A model generated the notes under the pieces. It was not told the origin of the DNA. It saw only the letters and a list, made by a program, of their open reading frames with translations, and did no database searches. From the NCBI GenBank assembly GCA_963717875.1, contig CAVQXI010000006.1, positions 85,892 to 149,891 on the forward strand: a stretch of DNA of 64,000 nucleotides, given 5' to 3'. Position numbers and translations under genes: made by a program. Position 1 is the first letter of the stretch. Each line of letters starts with the position of its first letter. The stretch comes from an uncultured Alphaproteobacteria bacterium. Lineage in GTDB: Bacteria > Pseudomonadota > Alphaproteobacteria > Rhizobiales > Methyloligellaceae. Shown here one piece after another: positions 1 through 11,681 of this stretch.

Positions 1-1221
1 CCGCTCGACTATGGTCGGCTGACCCTTCGGATCCAAGGTCGAGACCAGCGCCTCGCCGATGCCGAGTTCCATGATCGCCTTCTCCGTATCGAAAGCAGGA
101 TTGGCACGGAACGTCGTTGCTGCGGCCTTCACCGCTTTTTGCTCAAGGGGCGAGAACGCGCGCAATGCATGCTGCACACGGTTGCCGAGCTGGCGCGACA
201 CGGTGTCGGGCACGTCGAGCGGATTCTGCGTCACGAAATAGACGCCGACACCCTTGGAACGGATGAGACGCACCACCTGCTCGACCTTCTCCAGAAGCGC
301 CTTCGGCGCATCGCGGAACAGGAGATGCGCCTCGTCGAAAAAGAACACGAGTTTCGGCTTGTCCGGATCGCCCACCTCGGGCAGCTCCTCGAACAGCTCC
401 GACAACAGGAACAAAAGAAAGGTCGCGTAGAGACGCGGGCTTTCCATCAGCTTGTCGGCGGCAAGCACGCTGATATAGCCCCGCCCGTCACGGGACGTGC
501 GCATGAGATCGCTGACCTTCAGCACCGGCTCGCCGAAGAAATGCTCGGCGCCTTGCTGCTCCAGGACGAGCAGCGAGCGCTGGATGGCGCCGACCGACGC
601 CTTGGTGATGTTGCCGTACTTGGTAGTGAGCTCGGCGGCACGCTCCGCCAGGTTCTGAAGCAAGGATTGTAGATCCTTGAGATCGAGCAACGGCAGCTTC
701 TCATCGTCGGCAATCCGGAAGGCGATATTGAGCACACCCTCTTGCGCCTCGCTCAAATCCATTAGCCGCGAGAGAAGCAGCGGCCCTAGCTCCGTGATCG
801 TGGTGCGGATCGGGAGCCCCTGCTCGCCGAACAAATCCCAGAAGATGACCGGATAGGCTTTGAACTCGACGTCGTAGCCGATCAGCTTCGCGCGTTCCTC
901 GATCCAGCCCTTGGCTTGCCCCTTCTCGGCGATGCCCGAGAGATCGCCCTTCACGTCGGCGCAGAACACCGGCACGCCCTGGTCGGAGAAGGCTTCGGCC
1001 AAGCCTTGCAGCGTGACCGTCTTACCCGTTCCGGTGGCGCCGGTGATGAGCCCATGCCGGTTGGCGAGCCGCAGAAGGATAAATTCCGGCTTGTTGCTCT
1101 GGCCGATATAGACGCTCTCGGCGGGAAGCTGCTCCGGGTCCAACTTCACGACGTCTCCAACCGTGGCATCACCCTTGGCCTTTGCCGTACGCGTCTTGGC
1201 TGCCGCCCTTTTTCTCGCCAT
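1..1221 (-). CDS. DUF853 / HerA-like P-loop ATPase (YjgR family), runs off the left edge
   Basis: Hand translation from ATG 1221: MARKRAAAK...[47 protein letters not shown] (Walker A plus the DUF853 signature). GAGGGAGAG RBS upstream. Not in the ORF track because the stop lies outside the window. Confidence 0.85.
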   Translation of the reverse strand, partial: MARKRAAAKTRTAKAKGDATVGDVVKLDPEQLPAESVYIGQSNKPEFILLRLANRHGLITGATGTGKTVTLQGLAEAFSDQGVPVFCADVKGDLSGIAEKGQAKGWIEERAKLIGYDVEFKAYPVIFWDLFGEQGLPIRTTITELGPLLLSRLMDLSEAQEGVLNIAFRIADDEKLPLLDLKDLQSLLQNLAERAAELTTKYGNITKASVGAIQRSLLVLEQQGAEHFFGEPVLKVSDLMRTSRDGRGYISVLAADKLMESPRLYATFLLFLLSELFEELPEVGDPDKPKLVFFFDEAHLLFRDAPKALLEKVEQVVRLIRSKGVGVYFVTQNPLDVPDTVSRQLGNRVQHALRAFSPLEQKAVKAAATTFRANPAFDTEKAIMELGIGEALVSTLDPKGQPTIVER

Positions 1222-1379
1222 CGCCGCCGCTCTCCCTCGCTTTGCCTGCGATACTGTAGCGGGTGCCGAGCCCGCAAGCCAAGGCAGCCCATGGCCGGAA
1301 TCTTCGAGAATCCCACGGGTTTCTTGCCGGGCGGGCTTCTGCTAGGAGAAACCGAGAACCACTTAGAGCTTTGACCGAT

Positions 1380-3257
1380 ATGGCTGAACTTCCCTTGGCC
1401 CGCGACTTCCCCACCGCCGACGAGGCGGCCTGGAAGACGCTGGTCGAAAAGGCGCTGAAAGGCGCACCCTTCACCGCGCTCGAATCTAAGAGCTATGACG
1501 GCATCGTCATCGAGCCGCTCTATCGCCCAGCGAAGGACGCGGACGTTGTGCCCGGCCGCGCGCCGGCCACGCCTTGGGCGGTGATGCAGCGCATCGAGAT
1601 CGCCGACGGCAAGGCGGCCAACCGCCAGGTCCTCGACGATCTGAACAACGGCACGAACGGTTTCAGCCTCGTCTTCCAGGGCTCCGTGGGCGACTACGGC
1701 TACAGCTTTCCGCAGTCGGATGCCGTTTTGAAAGACGCGCTCGAGGGTGTCCATGTCGACTGGGGCATCTCCATCGAGCTTCAGCTTGGCCCGCTCTGCA
1801 AGGATGCGGCGCTCATGCTCGCCAACCTGGTGCAAGCGAAGGGGATCGCACCGAGCGACGCAAACATCCGCTTTGGCTTCGATCCCATCGGTATTCTCGC
1901 CGCCAATGGCTGGAACAGCTTCGTGTGGCCGGAGATGGCGCCGGTGTTCGCAAAGCTGGTCGCTGAGATGCTGGAGCAAGGCTTCGCGGGGCCCATGGCC
2001 GTCGGCGACGGCCGGCCGGTGCACGCGGCCGGGGGCTCGGAGGCACAAGAGCTCGCCTTCGCCCTTTCAACCGCGCTCGCCTATTTCCGTGCCATGCACG
2101 AAGGCGGCATTCCCCTCGACGCCGCGCGCCGCCTCGTCTTCTTCCGCCTTGCGGCCGATCAGAACCAGTTCCTGACCACCGCCAAGTTCCGCAGCATCCG
2201 CAAGCTGTGGTCGCGCATCGAGGAAGCCTGCGGGCTCGAGCCCGAGCCTGCCTTCGTCGCCGCCGAGACCGCCTGGCGCATGATGACCAAGCGTGACGCT
2301 TACGGAAACATCGTGCGCGGCACCATCGCCGCGCTTGCCGCTTCTGTCGGTGGCGCCAATGCAGTGACGGTGCTGCCGTTCAGCGCGGCCGTCGGGTTGC
2401 CCGATGCTTTTGCCCGGCGCGTCGCGCGCAACACGCAGACGATCCTTCTCGAGGAGTCGAATCTCTATCGTGTCGCCGATCCGTCCGCGGGCTCGGGCGC
2501 TATCGAGGCCCTGACGGACGAGCTTTGCGTTGTCGCCTGGAAGCTGTTCCAGAACATCGAGGAAGCCGGCGGCCCTGCGGAGGCGCTCCGCGCCGGCCTC
2601 ATCCAGCGCGAGGTCGCCAAAGTGCGTGAGGCGCGCGAAGCCGCCACGGCCCGCCGCAAGGATCCTCTCGTCGGCACCACCAATTTTCCCGACCTCGCCG
2701 AGGAGCCGGTATCCGTGCTCGATGCGGCGCCGTCCGTGCCGTGCGAGGAGCCGGGCGAGCAGACCGCTGAGCCTTTGCCGCGCATGCGCCTCGCCGAGCC
2801 GTTCGAGGTCTTACGCGATCGCAGTGACGCTTATCTTGCGAAAGCCGGCAAGCGGCCTAAGATCTTCCTCGCCTGCCTCGGCCGGCCGGCCGACTTCAAC
2901 GCCCGCGCGAGTTTCGCCAAGAGCCTGTTCGAGGCCGGCGGCATCAAGGCCATCGCGCCCGAGACGACACAGTCGCACGACGACATGCTCAAGGCGTTCA
3001 AGTCCTCGGGCGCCAAGCTTGCGTGCCTCTGCTCCTCCGACAAAGTCTATGGAGCCGAAGGCGCAGGAGCCGCGAAGGCACTCAAAGAGGCCGGCGCCAC
3101 GCGCATCTATCTTGCCGGCAAGCCAGGCGACATCGAGGCAGCACTGAAATCCGCCGGCGTCACGGACTTCGTGTCCGGCGGCGCCGACACCCTGGCAATT
3201 TTGCGCGGGGCTTACGAGACATCTAGGGGATTAGGCGAAGCCCACGGGGCGCGCTAA
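1380..3257 (+). CDS. mutA: Methylmalonyl-CoA mutase small subunit
   Basis: [61 protein letters not shown]; degenerate C-terminal B12 domain; directly upstream of the large subunit. Confidence 0.9.
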   Translation: MAELPLARDFPTADEAAWKTLVEKALKGAPFTALESKSYDGIVIEPLYRPAKDADVVPGRAPATPWAVMQRIEIADGKAANRQVLDDLNNGTNGFSLVFQGSVGDYGYSFPQSDAVLKDALEGVHVDWGISIELQLGPLCKDAALMLANLVQAKGIAPSDANIRFGFDPIGILAANGWNSFVWPEMAPVFAKLVAEMLEQGFAGPMAVGDGRPVHAAGGSEAQELAFALSTALAYFRAMHEGGIPLDAARRLVFFRLAADQNQFLTTAKFRSIRKLWSRIEEACGLEPEPAFVAAETAWRMMTKRDAYGNIVRGTIAALAASVGGANAVTVLPFSAAVGLPDAFARRVARNTQTILLEESNLYRVADPSAGSGAIEALTDELCVVAWKLFQNIEEAGGPAEALRAGLIQREVAKVREAREAATARRKDPLVGTTNFPDLAEEPVSVLDAAPSVPCEEPGEQTAEPLPRMRLAEPFEVLRDRSDAYLAKAGKRPKIFLACLGRPADFNARASFAKSLFEAGGIKAIAPETTQSHDDMLKAFKSSGAKLACLCSSDKVYGAEGAGAAKALKEAGATRIYLAGKPGDIEAALKSAGVTDFVSGGADTLAILRGAYETSRGLGEAHGAR

Positions 3258-3283
3258 ATTTGAATATTCAAGGATTGAAATAC

Positions 3284-5440
3284 GTGGCTGGGATTCCGAA
3301 ATTCACAGATATTGATTTCCAGGCGCCGCGCGAGCCGGAGCTGAACGCAGGCGCATCCGCCTGGGACACGCCGGAAGGCATCGCGGTGAAGCCGGTCTAC
3401 GGGCCGGACGATCTGAAAGGTCTCGACTTCCTGGATGGCATGCCGGGCGTGCCGCCTTACCTGCGCGGCCCCTACCCGACCATGTATGTGCAGCGGCCGT
3501 GGACGGTCCGCCAATATTCCGGCTTCTCCACGGCGGAGGATTCCAACGCCTTCTACCGGCGCAATCTCGCCGCCGGCCAGCAAGGTGTGTCCATCGCCTT
3601 CGATCTCGCCACCCACCGCGGCTACGACTCCGATCATCCGCGCGTGACCGGCGATGTCGGCATGGCGGGCGTGGCCATCAATTCGATCTACGACATGCGC
3701 ACCCTGTTCGACGGCATTCCCCTCGATCAGGTGTCGGTGTCCATGACCATGAACGGTGCGGTGCTGCCCGTGCTCGCACTGTTCATCGTCGCCGGCGAGG
3801 AGCAAGGCGTGCCGCACGAACGTCTCTCCGGCACGATCCAGAACGACATCCTCAAAGAATTCATGGTGCGGAACACCTATATCTATCCGCCCGAGCCTTC
3901 GATGCGCATCGTCTCCGACATCATCGGCTACACGTCGAAGCACATGCCGCGGTTCAACTCGATCTCGATCTCCGGCTATCACATGCAGGAGGCGGGCGCG
4001 ACGGCCGACCTCGAGCTCGCCTACACGCTGGCCGACGGCATCGAATATGTGCGCGCCGGCATCGCCGCCGGCCTCGACGTCGATGCGTTCGCGCCGCGGC
4101 TCTCCTTCTTCTGGGCCATCGGCATGAATTTCTTCATGGAGATCGCCAAGATGCGCGCCGCGCGCGTCCTCTGGGCCAAGCTCTTGATGGACGAGTTCCA
4201 GCCGAAGGATCCGAAATCGCTGGCGCTGCGCACCCACTGCCAGACGAGCGGCTGGAGTCTCGCCGCGCAGGACGTGTTCAACAACGTGATCCGCACCTGC
4301 GTCGAGGCCATGGCCGCGACCCAAGGCCATACCCAGTCCCTGCACACCAACGCGCTCGACGAGGCGCTGGCCCTGCCCACCGATTTCTCCGCGCGCATCG
4401 CCCGCAACACGCAGCTAATGCTGCAGCAGGAGAGCGGCACGACCCGCATCATCGATCCGTGGGGCGGCAGCTACTATGTGGAGCGGCTCACCTACGACCT
4501 CGCCGCACGCGCCATGAAGCACATCGAGGAGGTCGAGAAATTCGGCGGCATGGCCAAGGCCATCGAGGCCGGCATCCCCAAGCGCATGATCGAGCAGGCG
4601 GCGACCGCCACACAAGGGCGCATCAACTCCGGCCGCCAGACCATCGTCGGCGTGAACAAGTACCGCTCCGACACCGACGCCGACATCGCCATCCTGAAAG
4701 TCGACAACCGCTCGGTCCGCCGCCAGCAGCTCGACAAGCTCGAACGCCTTCGGGCCGAGCGCGACGAGGCGGCCGTCCAGCGCGCTCTTGACGCGCTCAC
4801 CGAAAGCGCTGAGACAGGCAAGGGAAATCTGCTCGAGGGCGCCGTCGCGGCGGCCCGCGTCATGGCGACCGTCGGCGAGATTTCCTATGCGCTGGAGAAG
4901 GTCTATGGCCGCCACCGCGCCAACGTTTCGGCAATCACCGGCGTCTATAAAGCGGAGATGGGCCGTAAGGACGGAAATATGAACCGGGTCGCCGAGCTGA
5001 TCGACGCCTTCGAGACCGAGCATGGGCGCCGGCCCCGCATCCTGGTCGCCAAGATGGGCCAGGACGGCCACGATCGCGGCCAGAAGGTCATCGCCTCCGC
5101 CTTTGCCGATCTCGGCTTCGACGTCGATATCGGGCCCTTGTTCCAGACGCCGGAAGAGGCCGCCCGCCAGGCGGTCGAGAACGACGTGCATATTCTCGGC
5201 GTGTCGTCGCTCGCCGCCGGTCATTTGACCCTGGTCCCGGCGCTCCGCGAAGCGCTTGAAGCCCAAGGCCGCGGCGACATCATGATTGTCGTCGGCGGCG
5301 TCATCCCGCCCCAGGATTATCCTGAGCTCTACGAGGCGGGCGCCAAGGCGATCTTCGGCCCCGGCACGCCGATCGCCGATGCGGCCATCGACATTCTCGG
5401 CAAGCTCGGCGTCGGCGGCACCAAGGCAGCCGCCGAGTAG
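3284..5440 (+). CDS. mutB: Methylmalonyl-CoA mutase large subunit (B12-dependent)
   Basis: [34 protein letters not shown]12-binding [13 protein letters not shown] 3284 chosen as start (ORF track starts at TTG 3260). Confidence 0.97.
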   Translation: MAGIPKFTDIDFQAPREPELNAGASAWDTPEGIAVKPVYGPDDLKGLDFLDGMPGVPPYLRGPYPTMYVQRPWTVRQYSGFSTAEDSNAFYRRNLAAGQQGVSIAFDLATHRGYDSDHPRVTGDVGMAGVAINSIYDMRTLFDGIPLDQVSVSMTMNGAVLPVLALFIVAGEEQGVPHERLSGTIQNDILKEFMVRNTYIYPPEPSMRIVSDIIGYTSKHMPRFNSISISGYHMQEAGATADLELAYTLADGIEYVRAGIAAGLDVDAFAPRLSFFWAIGMNFFMEIAKMRAARVLWAKLLMDEFQPKDPKSLALRTHCQTSGWSLAAQDVFNNVIRTCVEAMAATQGHTQSLHTNALDEALALPTDFSARIARNTQLMLQQESGTTRIIDPWGGSYYVERLTYDLAARAMKHIEEVEKFGGMAKAIEAGIPKRMIEQAATATQGRINSGRQTIVGVNKYRSDTDADIAILKVDNRSVRRQQLDKLERLRAERDEAAVQRALDALTESAETGKGNLLEGAVAAARVMATVGEISYALEKVYGRHRANVSAITGVYKAEMGRKDGNMNRVAELIDAFETEHGRRPRILVAKMGQDGHDRGQKVIASAFADLGFDVDIGPLFQTPEEAARQAVENDVHILGVSSLAAGHLTLVPALREALEAQGRGDIMIVVGGVIPPQDYPELYEAGAKAIFGPGTPIADAAIDILGKLGVGGTKAAAE

Positions 5441-5575
5441 CCAGCATATTCACGTCGCGTGAGCCAGGTCGCGAGCGACCGCCGACACTTTGCGTCGCAT
5501 CGCCGCAGAGCTTTGATTGGGCATCGCCAGAAGACGAATTCCGGCATGACATCAATATGTTAGCGGCACTCCTAC

Positions 5576-5592
5576 CTTGGAATTGTTCCACT
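5576..5592 (+). promoter_or_regulatory. Candidate iron control element (Irr box)
   Basis: CTTGGAATTGTTCCACT matches TTTRGAAYNRTTCYAAA at 14/17 positions, about 100 nt upstream of the cupredoxin-FTR1 genes. Confidence 0.55.
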
Positions 5593-5693
5593 CTTAAACG
5601 CGCCTGCAGTTAGGGCTTGCGAGCACGAATGCTGCATGGCCATGGTGCTCTTGCTGGGCAGAGCACAATTCAAGAATCGCTAAGAGAGGCACG

Positions 5694-6020
5694 ATGCGCA
5701 CGCTAATCGGGCTATTTGCCCTGCTCGCCGTTTTCGCTCCGGCCGCCAACGCCGCCGCCGAGGAAGTCGCCGTCACCATCAAGGACCACAAGTTCAGCCC
5801 CGACGAGATTCACGTCCCGGCCAAGCAGGCTGTAACTCTGAAGGTCACCAATGCGGACGCGACGCCGGAGGAATTCGAAAGCCATGATTTCGATGTCGAG
5901 AAGGTCATCGCCGGCGGCCAAAGCGCCGTGATCCGGCTTCAGCCGCTCGATACCGGACCCTACCGCTTCTACGGCGAATACCACGAAGACACCGCCCAAG
6001 GCGTCCTCGTCGCCGAGTAA
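5694..6020 (+). CDS. Periplasmic cupredoxin-domain protein (EfeO/FtrB-like)
   Basis: Signal peptide; TIKDHKFSPDEI, PEEFESHDF..EKVI, YRFYGEYH; adjacent to an FTR1 permease. Confidence 0.85.
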   Translation: MRTLIGLFALLAVFAPAANAAAEEVAVTIKDHKFSPDEIHVPAKQAVTLKVTNADATPEEFESHDFDVEKVIAGGQSAVIRLQPLDTGPYRFYGEYHEDTAQGVLVAE

Positions 6021-6026
6021 CGCGCT

Positions 6027-6848
6027 GTGCTTGGGGCCCTAGTCATCGTCTTTCGTGAGGTCGTCGAGGCCGGCCTGGTGGTCGGCATCGTGCTGGCCGC
6101 CACGCGCGGTATTGCGGGGCGAGGCTGGTGGGTCTCGCTCGGCATTCTTGGGGGCGTGCTCGGCGCTAGCGTCGTCGCCGCCTTTGCCGGCGCGATATCC
6201 AATGCCTTCGAGGGATCGGGCCAAGAGCTGCTCAACGCGATGGTGCTCGTCATCGCCGTGGTGAGCCTCACCTGGCACAATGTCTGGATGGCCGAGCATG
6301 GCCGCGAGCTTGCCGCCGATATGCGAAAAGTCGGCAGCGACGTAAGCGAAGGTCAAAAGCCCCTCGCCGTCCTTGCCGTCGTCGTGTTCGTCGCCGTCAT
6401 GCGCGAGGGATCCGAGGTGGTCCTGTTCCTCTACGGCATCGTGGTGTCCGGGACCGACATGGTCTCCCTGCTCGCCGGCGGGCTGCTCGGCCTGGCTGCC
6501 GGCGCGGCCTTGAGCGCCCTGAGTTATTACGGGCTCGTCGCCCTGCCGCTGCGCTACATCTTTTCCGTGACCGGCCTGCTCCTCACGCTGCTCGCTGCCG
6601 GCATGGCGGCACAGGCCGTCCACTTTCTGCAAATGGCGGGGATCATCAACGTCTTTCAGAACAGGCTCTGGGACACGTCATGGTTCCTGTCGGATTCCAG
6701 CATCCTCGGACGCATGTTGCATGTGCTGGTCGGCTATGACGACAGGCCGACCGAGCTCCAGGTCATCGCCTACGCCGCAACGCTCGCCATCATCCTCGTC
6801 CTGATCCGCATGGCCCGTAGCGAGCGGCAGCCGCGCACAGCCAGCTAG
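6027..6848 (+). CDS. FTR1-family iron permease
   Basis: Two RExxE motifs (REVVE, REGSE) and about 7 TM helices. Confidence 0.9.
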   Translation: MLGALVIVFREVVEAGLVVGIVLAATRGIAGRGWWVSLGILGGVLGASVVAAFAGAISNAFEGSGQELLNAMVLVIAVVSLTWHNVWMAEHGRELAADMRKVGSDVSEGQKPLAVLAVVVFVAVMREGSEVVLFLYGIVVSGTDMVSLLAGGLLGLAAGAALSALSYYGLVALPLRYIFSVTGLLLTLLAAGMAAQAVHFLQMAGIINVFQNRLWDTSWFLSDSSILGRMLHVLVGYDDRPTELQVIAYAATLAIILVLIRMARSERQPRTAS

Positions 6849-6903
6849 GGCGCGGCACATATCCGGCTTGCGCTTTGGCGAGTTTGCCCCTACCCCGCAT
6901 GCC

Positions 6904-7908
6904 ATGACCGGCAGCAAGAACACCCCGAATCTCGAGGATTTGGCGAAGGCCGTCCGTATCGGCGACCGCGTGGCGCTCGGCCGCGCCATGACCCTGGTCG
7001 AGAGCGCCAAGCCCGAGGATCAGGTGCGCGCGCAGGCCCTTCTCGAAACACTTCTTCCCGATACCGGCAACTCGATCCGCATCGGCATCAGCGGCGTGCC
7101 CGGCGCCGGCAAGTCCACCCTGATCGATCAGCTCGGGCTCAATCTCATCGCCGCAGGCCACAAAGTGGCGGTGCTCGCCGTCGACCCGACCTCGTCGCGG
7201 ACCGGCGGCTCCATCCTCGGCGACAAGACTCGCATGGGCCGCTTGGCATCCGAGCCCAACGCCTTCATCCGCCCCTCGCCCGCAGGCACCAGCCTCGGCG
7301 GCGTCACCAAGACCACGCGCGAGACCATCTCGCTTGCCGAGGCCGCAGGGTTCGACGTCGTGCTCGTGGAAACCGTCGGCGTTGGACAGTCGGAGACCGC
7401 CGTCTCCGACATGGTCGACGTCTTCGTCGTGGTCGCTATTCCCGGCGCGGGCGACGAGCTTCAAGGCATCAAGCGCGGCCTGCTCGAGCTCGCCGACATC
7501 ATTGCCGTCAACAAGGCCGACAACGACAATGTCCAGCGTGCGGAACGGGCGGCGATGGAATATCGCACGGCGCTGCACATTCTCGCCGCCGGCCACACGA
7601 CCTGGTCGCCCGTCGTGCTGACGCTTTCGGCCCGCGATAATCGCGGCCTCGACGCCTTGTGGGAGAAGATCACCGAACGCCATGCCTCGATCGCCGAGTC
7701 CGGCATCCTGGCCGAGCGGCGGGCCGAGCAGGCAGCGTCGTGGATGCGCGAGATCTTCGAGCAGCGCCTGCTCGCCGCTTTCAAGGGCGGACGGCGGGCG
7801 GCGCGCCACTATCAGGAGCTCGAGGACAAGGTCCGGGGCGGCGAGATGACGCCGTCGGCCGCGGCCGACGAGCTTGGCCGCCTCGTTGGGCTGGAAGAGC
7901 CCGAATAA
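6904..7908 (+). CDS. meaB: Methylmalonyl-CoA mutase-associated GTPase MeaB
   Basis: GVPGAGKST, AVDPTSSRTGGSILGDKTRM, VETVGVGQSE, GDELQGIKRG, NKAD. Confidence 0.95.
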   Translation: MTGSKNTPNLEDLAKAVRIGDRVALGRAMTLVESAKPEDQVRAQALLETLLPDTGNSIRIGISGVPGAGKSTLIDQLGLNLIAAGHKVAVLAVDPTSSRTGGSILGDKTRMGRLASEPNAFIRPSPAGTSLGGVTKTTRETISLAEAAGFDVVLVETVGVGQSETAVSDMVDVFVVVAIPGAGDELQGIKRGLLELADIIAVNKADNDNVQRAERAAMEYRTALHILAAGHTTWSPVVLTLSARDNRGLDALWEKITERHASIAESGILAERRAEQAASWMREIFEQRLLAAFKGGRRAARHYQELEDKVRGGEMTPSAAADELGRLVGLEEPE

Positions 7909-7963
7909 ACCAGCTCTCGCGAAACCCCTTCCCTCGCGCGCAAGGCGCTTGTAAGCCAGACAT

Positions 7964-8635
7964 ATGGCAAGGCCGCGCGTTCTCCTTACGGGCTTTGGCC
8001 CCTTCCCCGGTGTCGCCGAGAACCCCTCCGGCTGGCTGGCCGAGACCCTTGCCGCGCGCAAACCCGCCCACGACGTTGATCTCCACGGCCATGTCCTGCC
8101 CACCGAATGGGAGGCCGTTGCCGCGCTCGCGCCGGACCTGCACGCGAGTCTGCAACCGCATGTCATGATTCACTTTGGCGTCAGCCCGCAAGCGCGGGGC
8201 CTGCGCATTGAGCGCTCGGCGCATAATCGGGCCGCGCGCCGTCACGATGCCAGCGGGCGCCTGCCGGGAACGCCCGCCATCTCGACGACGGGTGCCGCGC
8301 GCCTCGACACGGGCCTGCCGGTTGCTCGGCTTGCCGCCCATCTCAGAGCCCAAGGTCACGCCGCAAGCGCATCGGGGTCTTGCGGGCGCTATCTCTGCAA
8401 CTTCCTCTACTACCGCTCCCTCGAATGGGCGAAAGCGCAAGGCCGCGAGGCCCTGTTCGTGCACGTACCGTTGACGCACGCGCAAGGTGGAACCTTCGCC
8501 GCCGGCGCGCTGCTCGAGGCCGCAGGGGAGACCGTCGATTTCGTTCTCCGCTTCGTCGCCGCGCAAGACCGGACGAGCCCCGCCGATCCAGCGCCCGCAC
8601 ATGCCGTGCTGCATACCGAGGACAGGCCGTCATGA
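7964..8635 (+). CDS. pcp: Pyroglutamyl-peptidase I family (C15)
   Basis: LLTGFGPFPGVAENPS; catalytic Glu (IER), Cys (GRYLCN) and His (FVHVP). Confidence 0.85.
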   Translation: MARPRVLLTGFGPFPGVAENPSGWLAETLAARKPAHDVDLHGHVLPTEWEAVAALAPDLHASLQPHVMIHFGVSPQARGLRIERSAHNRAARRHDASGRLPGTPAISTTGAARLDTGLPVARLAAHLRAQGHAASASGSCGRYLCNFLYYRSLEWAKAQGREALFVHVPLTHAQGGTFAAGALLEAAGETVDFVLRFVAAQDRTSPADPAPAHAVLHTEDRPS

Positions 8636-9978
8636 CGGTCGGGCGTCGGGAGCTCATGCTGGCCGGCCTCGGCGCAGGACTGGCTGCTGCGGCGGGACCG
8701 CAGGTGGCGAACGCGCGAAAAGTAAGTACGCCCGAGGCGTTCAGCACCTATGGCGTCGTGCCGGCGGACGGCGCCATCGACCAGACCGCGACGTTGCAAG
8801 AGGCCGCCGATGCGGCCGCAAACTCAGGCACGCCGCTCTATCTTCCCGCCGGCACCTATTCGACCGCGCGCCTCACCCTCAAATCCGGCACCCATATCCA
8901 TGGCGTGCCGGGTCTCACGATCCTCCGCTACGCGAGCGGCGGGGCGATCCTTGCGACCGAAGGTACCGACAATGTGCGCCTCACCGGACTTGTGCTCGAT
9001 GGCGCGCAAAAGCCGCTCGGCGCGGACGGTGCGCTGATTGTGGCGACCGATTCGACGCATTTCGACCTCTCCGACTGCCGTTTGATGGGCTCGAGCGAGG
9101 ACGGCGTGGTCTTGCGCAAAGTCTCGGGGCGCGTTGCCGATTGCGAGATTTCCGACATCGGCAAAGGCGCCCTGTTCAGCGAGGACGCGAAGGTGCTGGA
9201 GATCGCGCGCAATCATGTGCACGACTGCGGCGACAACGGCATCCTCGTCTGGCGATCAGAGGCCGGCGAAGACGGCACCATCGTCACCTCGAACCGCATC
9301 GAGCGCATCGCCGCCAAGAGCGGCGGCAGCGGCCAGAATGGCAATGGTATCAACATATTCCGCGCGGGCGCGGTGCTCGTAAATGCAAACCGCATCACCG
9401 ACTGCGCCTTCTCCGCGATCCGCTCCAATTCCGGCTCCAACTGCCAGATGGTCGGCAACTCCTGCGCCCGCCTTGGCGAGGTCGCGCTCTATGCCGAGTT
9501 CGCCTTCGAAGGCGTGGTGATCGCCAACAACATCGTCGACCAAGCGGCCATGGGCGTCTCGGTCACCAACTTCAAGCAAGGCGGCCGCCTCGGCGTTGTG
9601 CAAGGCAACCTGATCCGCAATCTCTTTCTGAGGAAGGACGCCGACACCCGCGGCATCGGCATCGGCGTGGAGGCCGATACCGTCGTCAGCGACAATGTCA
9701 TCGAAGGGGCGCCGGCCTACGGCATTCTCGTTGGCTGGGGGAACTATCTTCGCGACGTGAGCGTCACCGACAACGTCATCCGCAACGCCCATATCGGCAT
9801 CGGCGTGGCGGTGAGCTCGTCAGCCGGGACGGCGATCATCACCGACAACCTGATCACCGACGCCAAGGACGGCGCCATCCGCGCCATGAAGGGGCCGACA
9901 CCCGTCGGCCCAGATCTGGCACGCGAAAGCGCCGAGGCCTATCGCAACCTTGCGGTCTACGCCAACCTCGCTCGCTAG
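8632..9978 (+). CDS. TAT-exported right-handed beta-helix repeat protein (TIGR03808-like)
   Basis: GRRELML twin-arginine signal; DQTATLQ, GGSGQNGNGINIFRA, EVALYAEFAFEG; parallel beta-helix repeats; ATGA overlap with pcp. Confidence 0.85.
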   Translation: MTVGRRELMLAGLGAGLAAAAGPQVANARKVSTPEAFSTYGVVPADGAIDQTATLQEAADAAANSGTPLYLPAGTYSTARLTLKSGTHIHGVPGLTILRYASGGAILATEGTDNVRLTGLVLDGAQKPLGADGALIVATDSTHFDLSDCRLMGSSEDGVVLRKVSGRVADCEISDIGKGALFSEDAKVLEIARNHVHDCGDNGILVWRSEAGEDGTIVTSNRIERIAAKSGGSGQNGNGINIFRAGAVLVNANRITDCAFSAIRSNSGSNCQMVGNSCARLGEVALYAEFAFEGVVIANNIVDQAAMGVSVTNFKQGGRLGVVQGNLIRNLFLRKDADTRGIGIGVEADTVVSDNVIEGAPAYGILVGWGNYLRDVSVTDNVIRNAHIGIGVAVSSSAGTAIITDNLITDAKDGAIRAMKGPTPVGPDLARESAEAYRNLAVYANLAR

Positions 9979-11031
9979 CCCGTCGCCGTGCGGCCTACGG
10001 CGCCACGGAGATCTCGAAGTGCGCGCTTGAGCTCCTCACCCGCTGCCATACGGCCGACAAGAAGCCCGCGCCAATTATGCACCTCACCTTCCAGTTCGTT
10101 TGCGAGCACCGCCCAGGCACTTGGCAGGAGCGCGCCAAGCACCTCGCTCATCGCCCGCTCCGCGCCGCGTTTGGCGCCGTCGTCGATCTTGAGCGCGATG
10201 CCGAGGCCAAGCTCAGGCAGCGCCGCGCAGTGCACGCCTTCCGCGCCACCTTTGGTGAAGGCGGTGCCCGCGAGCCCGCGCAACACGATCGTGTCGAAGC
10301 GTCCCTCGCCGGCGACGAGGACCGGCGCCGCGAAGCAGGCTTCCATCAAGCGGTCAGCAGCCTGCGCCCGTTCCGGTGCGAGCCCCGTGCCGGTGCCGAA
10401 CCGGGAAAACCCCTGGGCGAGCGCGCTGAGCGGCAGCGCAAATGTCGGCAACGAGCAGCCGTCGATGCCCCTGTGAGCCGGGTCGAGCGAGACTCGGCAA
10501 GTCTCTGAAAGGATTCGCGCGATCATCACCTGGAGCGGATGGTCCGGCTTCTCGTAACCGCGCGGATCGAAGCCGAGGTAGACGGCAGCGGCGAGCATCC
10601 CGGCATGCTTGCCCGAGCAGTTGTTATGGATCGGCCGCGGCCGCTTGCCCTCCACGCAGCAGAGCACGCGTCGTGGCATCGCTCACAGGCCAATGCGCCC
10701 CGCACGCGAGATAGCCTTCGTCGAGGCCTGCCTTGGCGAGGAGACTCGTGACCGCGTCGAGATGAACCTGATCGCCGCTATGGGAGGCGCAAGCCACCGC
10801 GAGTTCCTCGGCACTGAGCCCAAAGGCGTCAGCAGCGCCGCTTTCCACCAACGGGATCGCTTGCAGCGCCTTGACGGCGGAACGCGGATAGGTGGGGCGC
10901 GCCACGTCGCCGAGCGCCAGCACAAGGTGCCCTGCCGCGTCTGAAATCGCGATGGCGCCGCGGTGACAGCTTTCGACGCGCGGTCCCCGAAAGACATCGA
11001 CGAGAACCGGATTAGGGGAGGTGGACTCCAT
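9975..11031 (-). CDS. L-asparaginase II (Rhizobium AnsA type), +1 frameshift near 10653
   Basis: N-terminal ORF (RG..VES.HRG, RSAVKALQA, CASHSG) joins the C-terminal ORF (HNNCSGKHAG, DGCSLP, KGGAEG) if one base is removed. Confidence 0.85.
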
Positions 11032-11037
11032 AATGCG

Positions 11038-11556
11038 CTAACCGCGGGCGCGCTCAGGGACCCGCGCCGGCTTCTTCTCGGCGGCGAGCTCCGTCGGCAC
11101 ACCCGCCGCATGCTTCGAGGCGCGGATCACCAGAGACGTCTTCACGCTTGCCACGTTCGGCGCCGCCGTCAATTCGTGGATGATGAACTCCTGGAACGCG
11201 CTCAAGTCAGGTGCCACGCAGCGCAACAAAAAGTCGATCTCGCCCGACAGCATGTAGCAGTCGCGCACGATGGGCGATGCCGCTACCCGCTCCTCGAACG
11301 CGATGAGATCCGCCTCCGCCTGGCTGTGCAGCTTGATCATGGCGAAGGCCGAGACGTCGAAGCCCAGCACCTTGTCGTCGAGGATCGCGGTAAAGCCCTC
11401 GATGATGCCGGCCTCCTCGAGCGCCCGCACACGGCGCAAGCAGGGCGGCGCCGAGATGCCGACCTTGCGGGCGAGCTCCACGTTGGTGATGCGCCCGTCG
11501 GCTTGCAGCTCACGCAAGATCAGCCAGTCCGTGGCATCGAGGCGCATAGCACGCAT
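11038..11556 (-). CDS. Lrp/AsnC family transcriptional regulator
   Basis: LDATDWLILRELQADGRITNVELARKVGISAPPCLRRVRALE. Confidence 0.95.
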   Translation of the reverse strand: MRAMRLDATDWLILRELQADGRITNVELARKVGISAPPCLRRVRALEEAGIIEGFTAILDDKVLGFDVSAFAMIKLHSQAEADLIAFEERVAASPIVRDCYMLSGEIDFLLRCVAPDLSAFQEFIIHELTAAPNVASVKTSLVIRASKHAAGVPTELAAEKKPARVPERARG

Positions 11557-11681
11557 GGCTCTTTAGCTCCCTGGACGATCGCAGGCCCATCGCGGTAGAA
11601 GGCGGATGGGAAGCCTCCGAACTTCAGAAATTTCGGCTTTGCGCAATTTTAGGTCTTCCGAGCAAAAGAATCGAAAAGAAA

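Noticed and set aside
8487-10508. 673-aa Arg-rich same-strand ORF
   Set aside because: Alternative frame over the beta-helix gene and antisense to asparaginase; typical off-frame GC composition.
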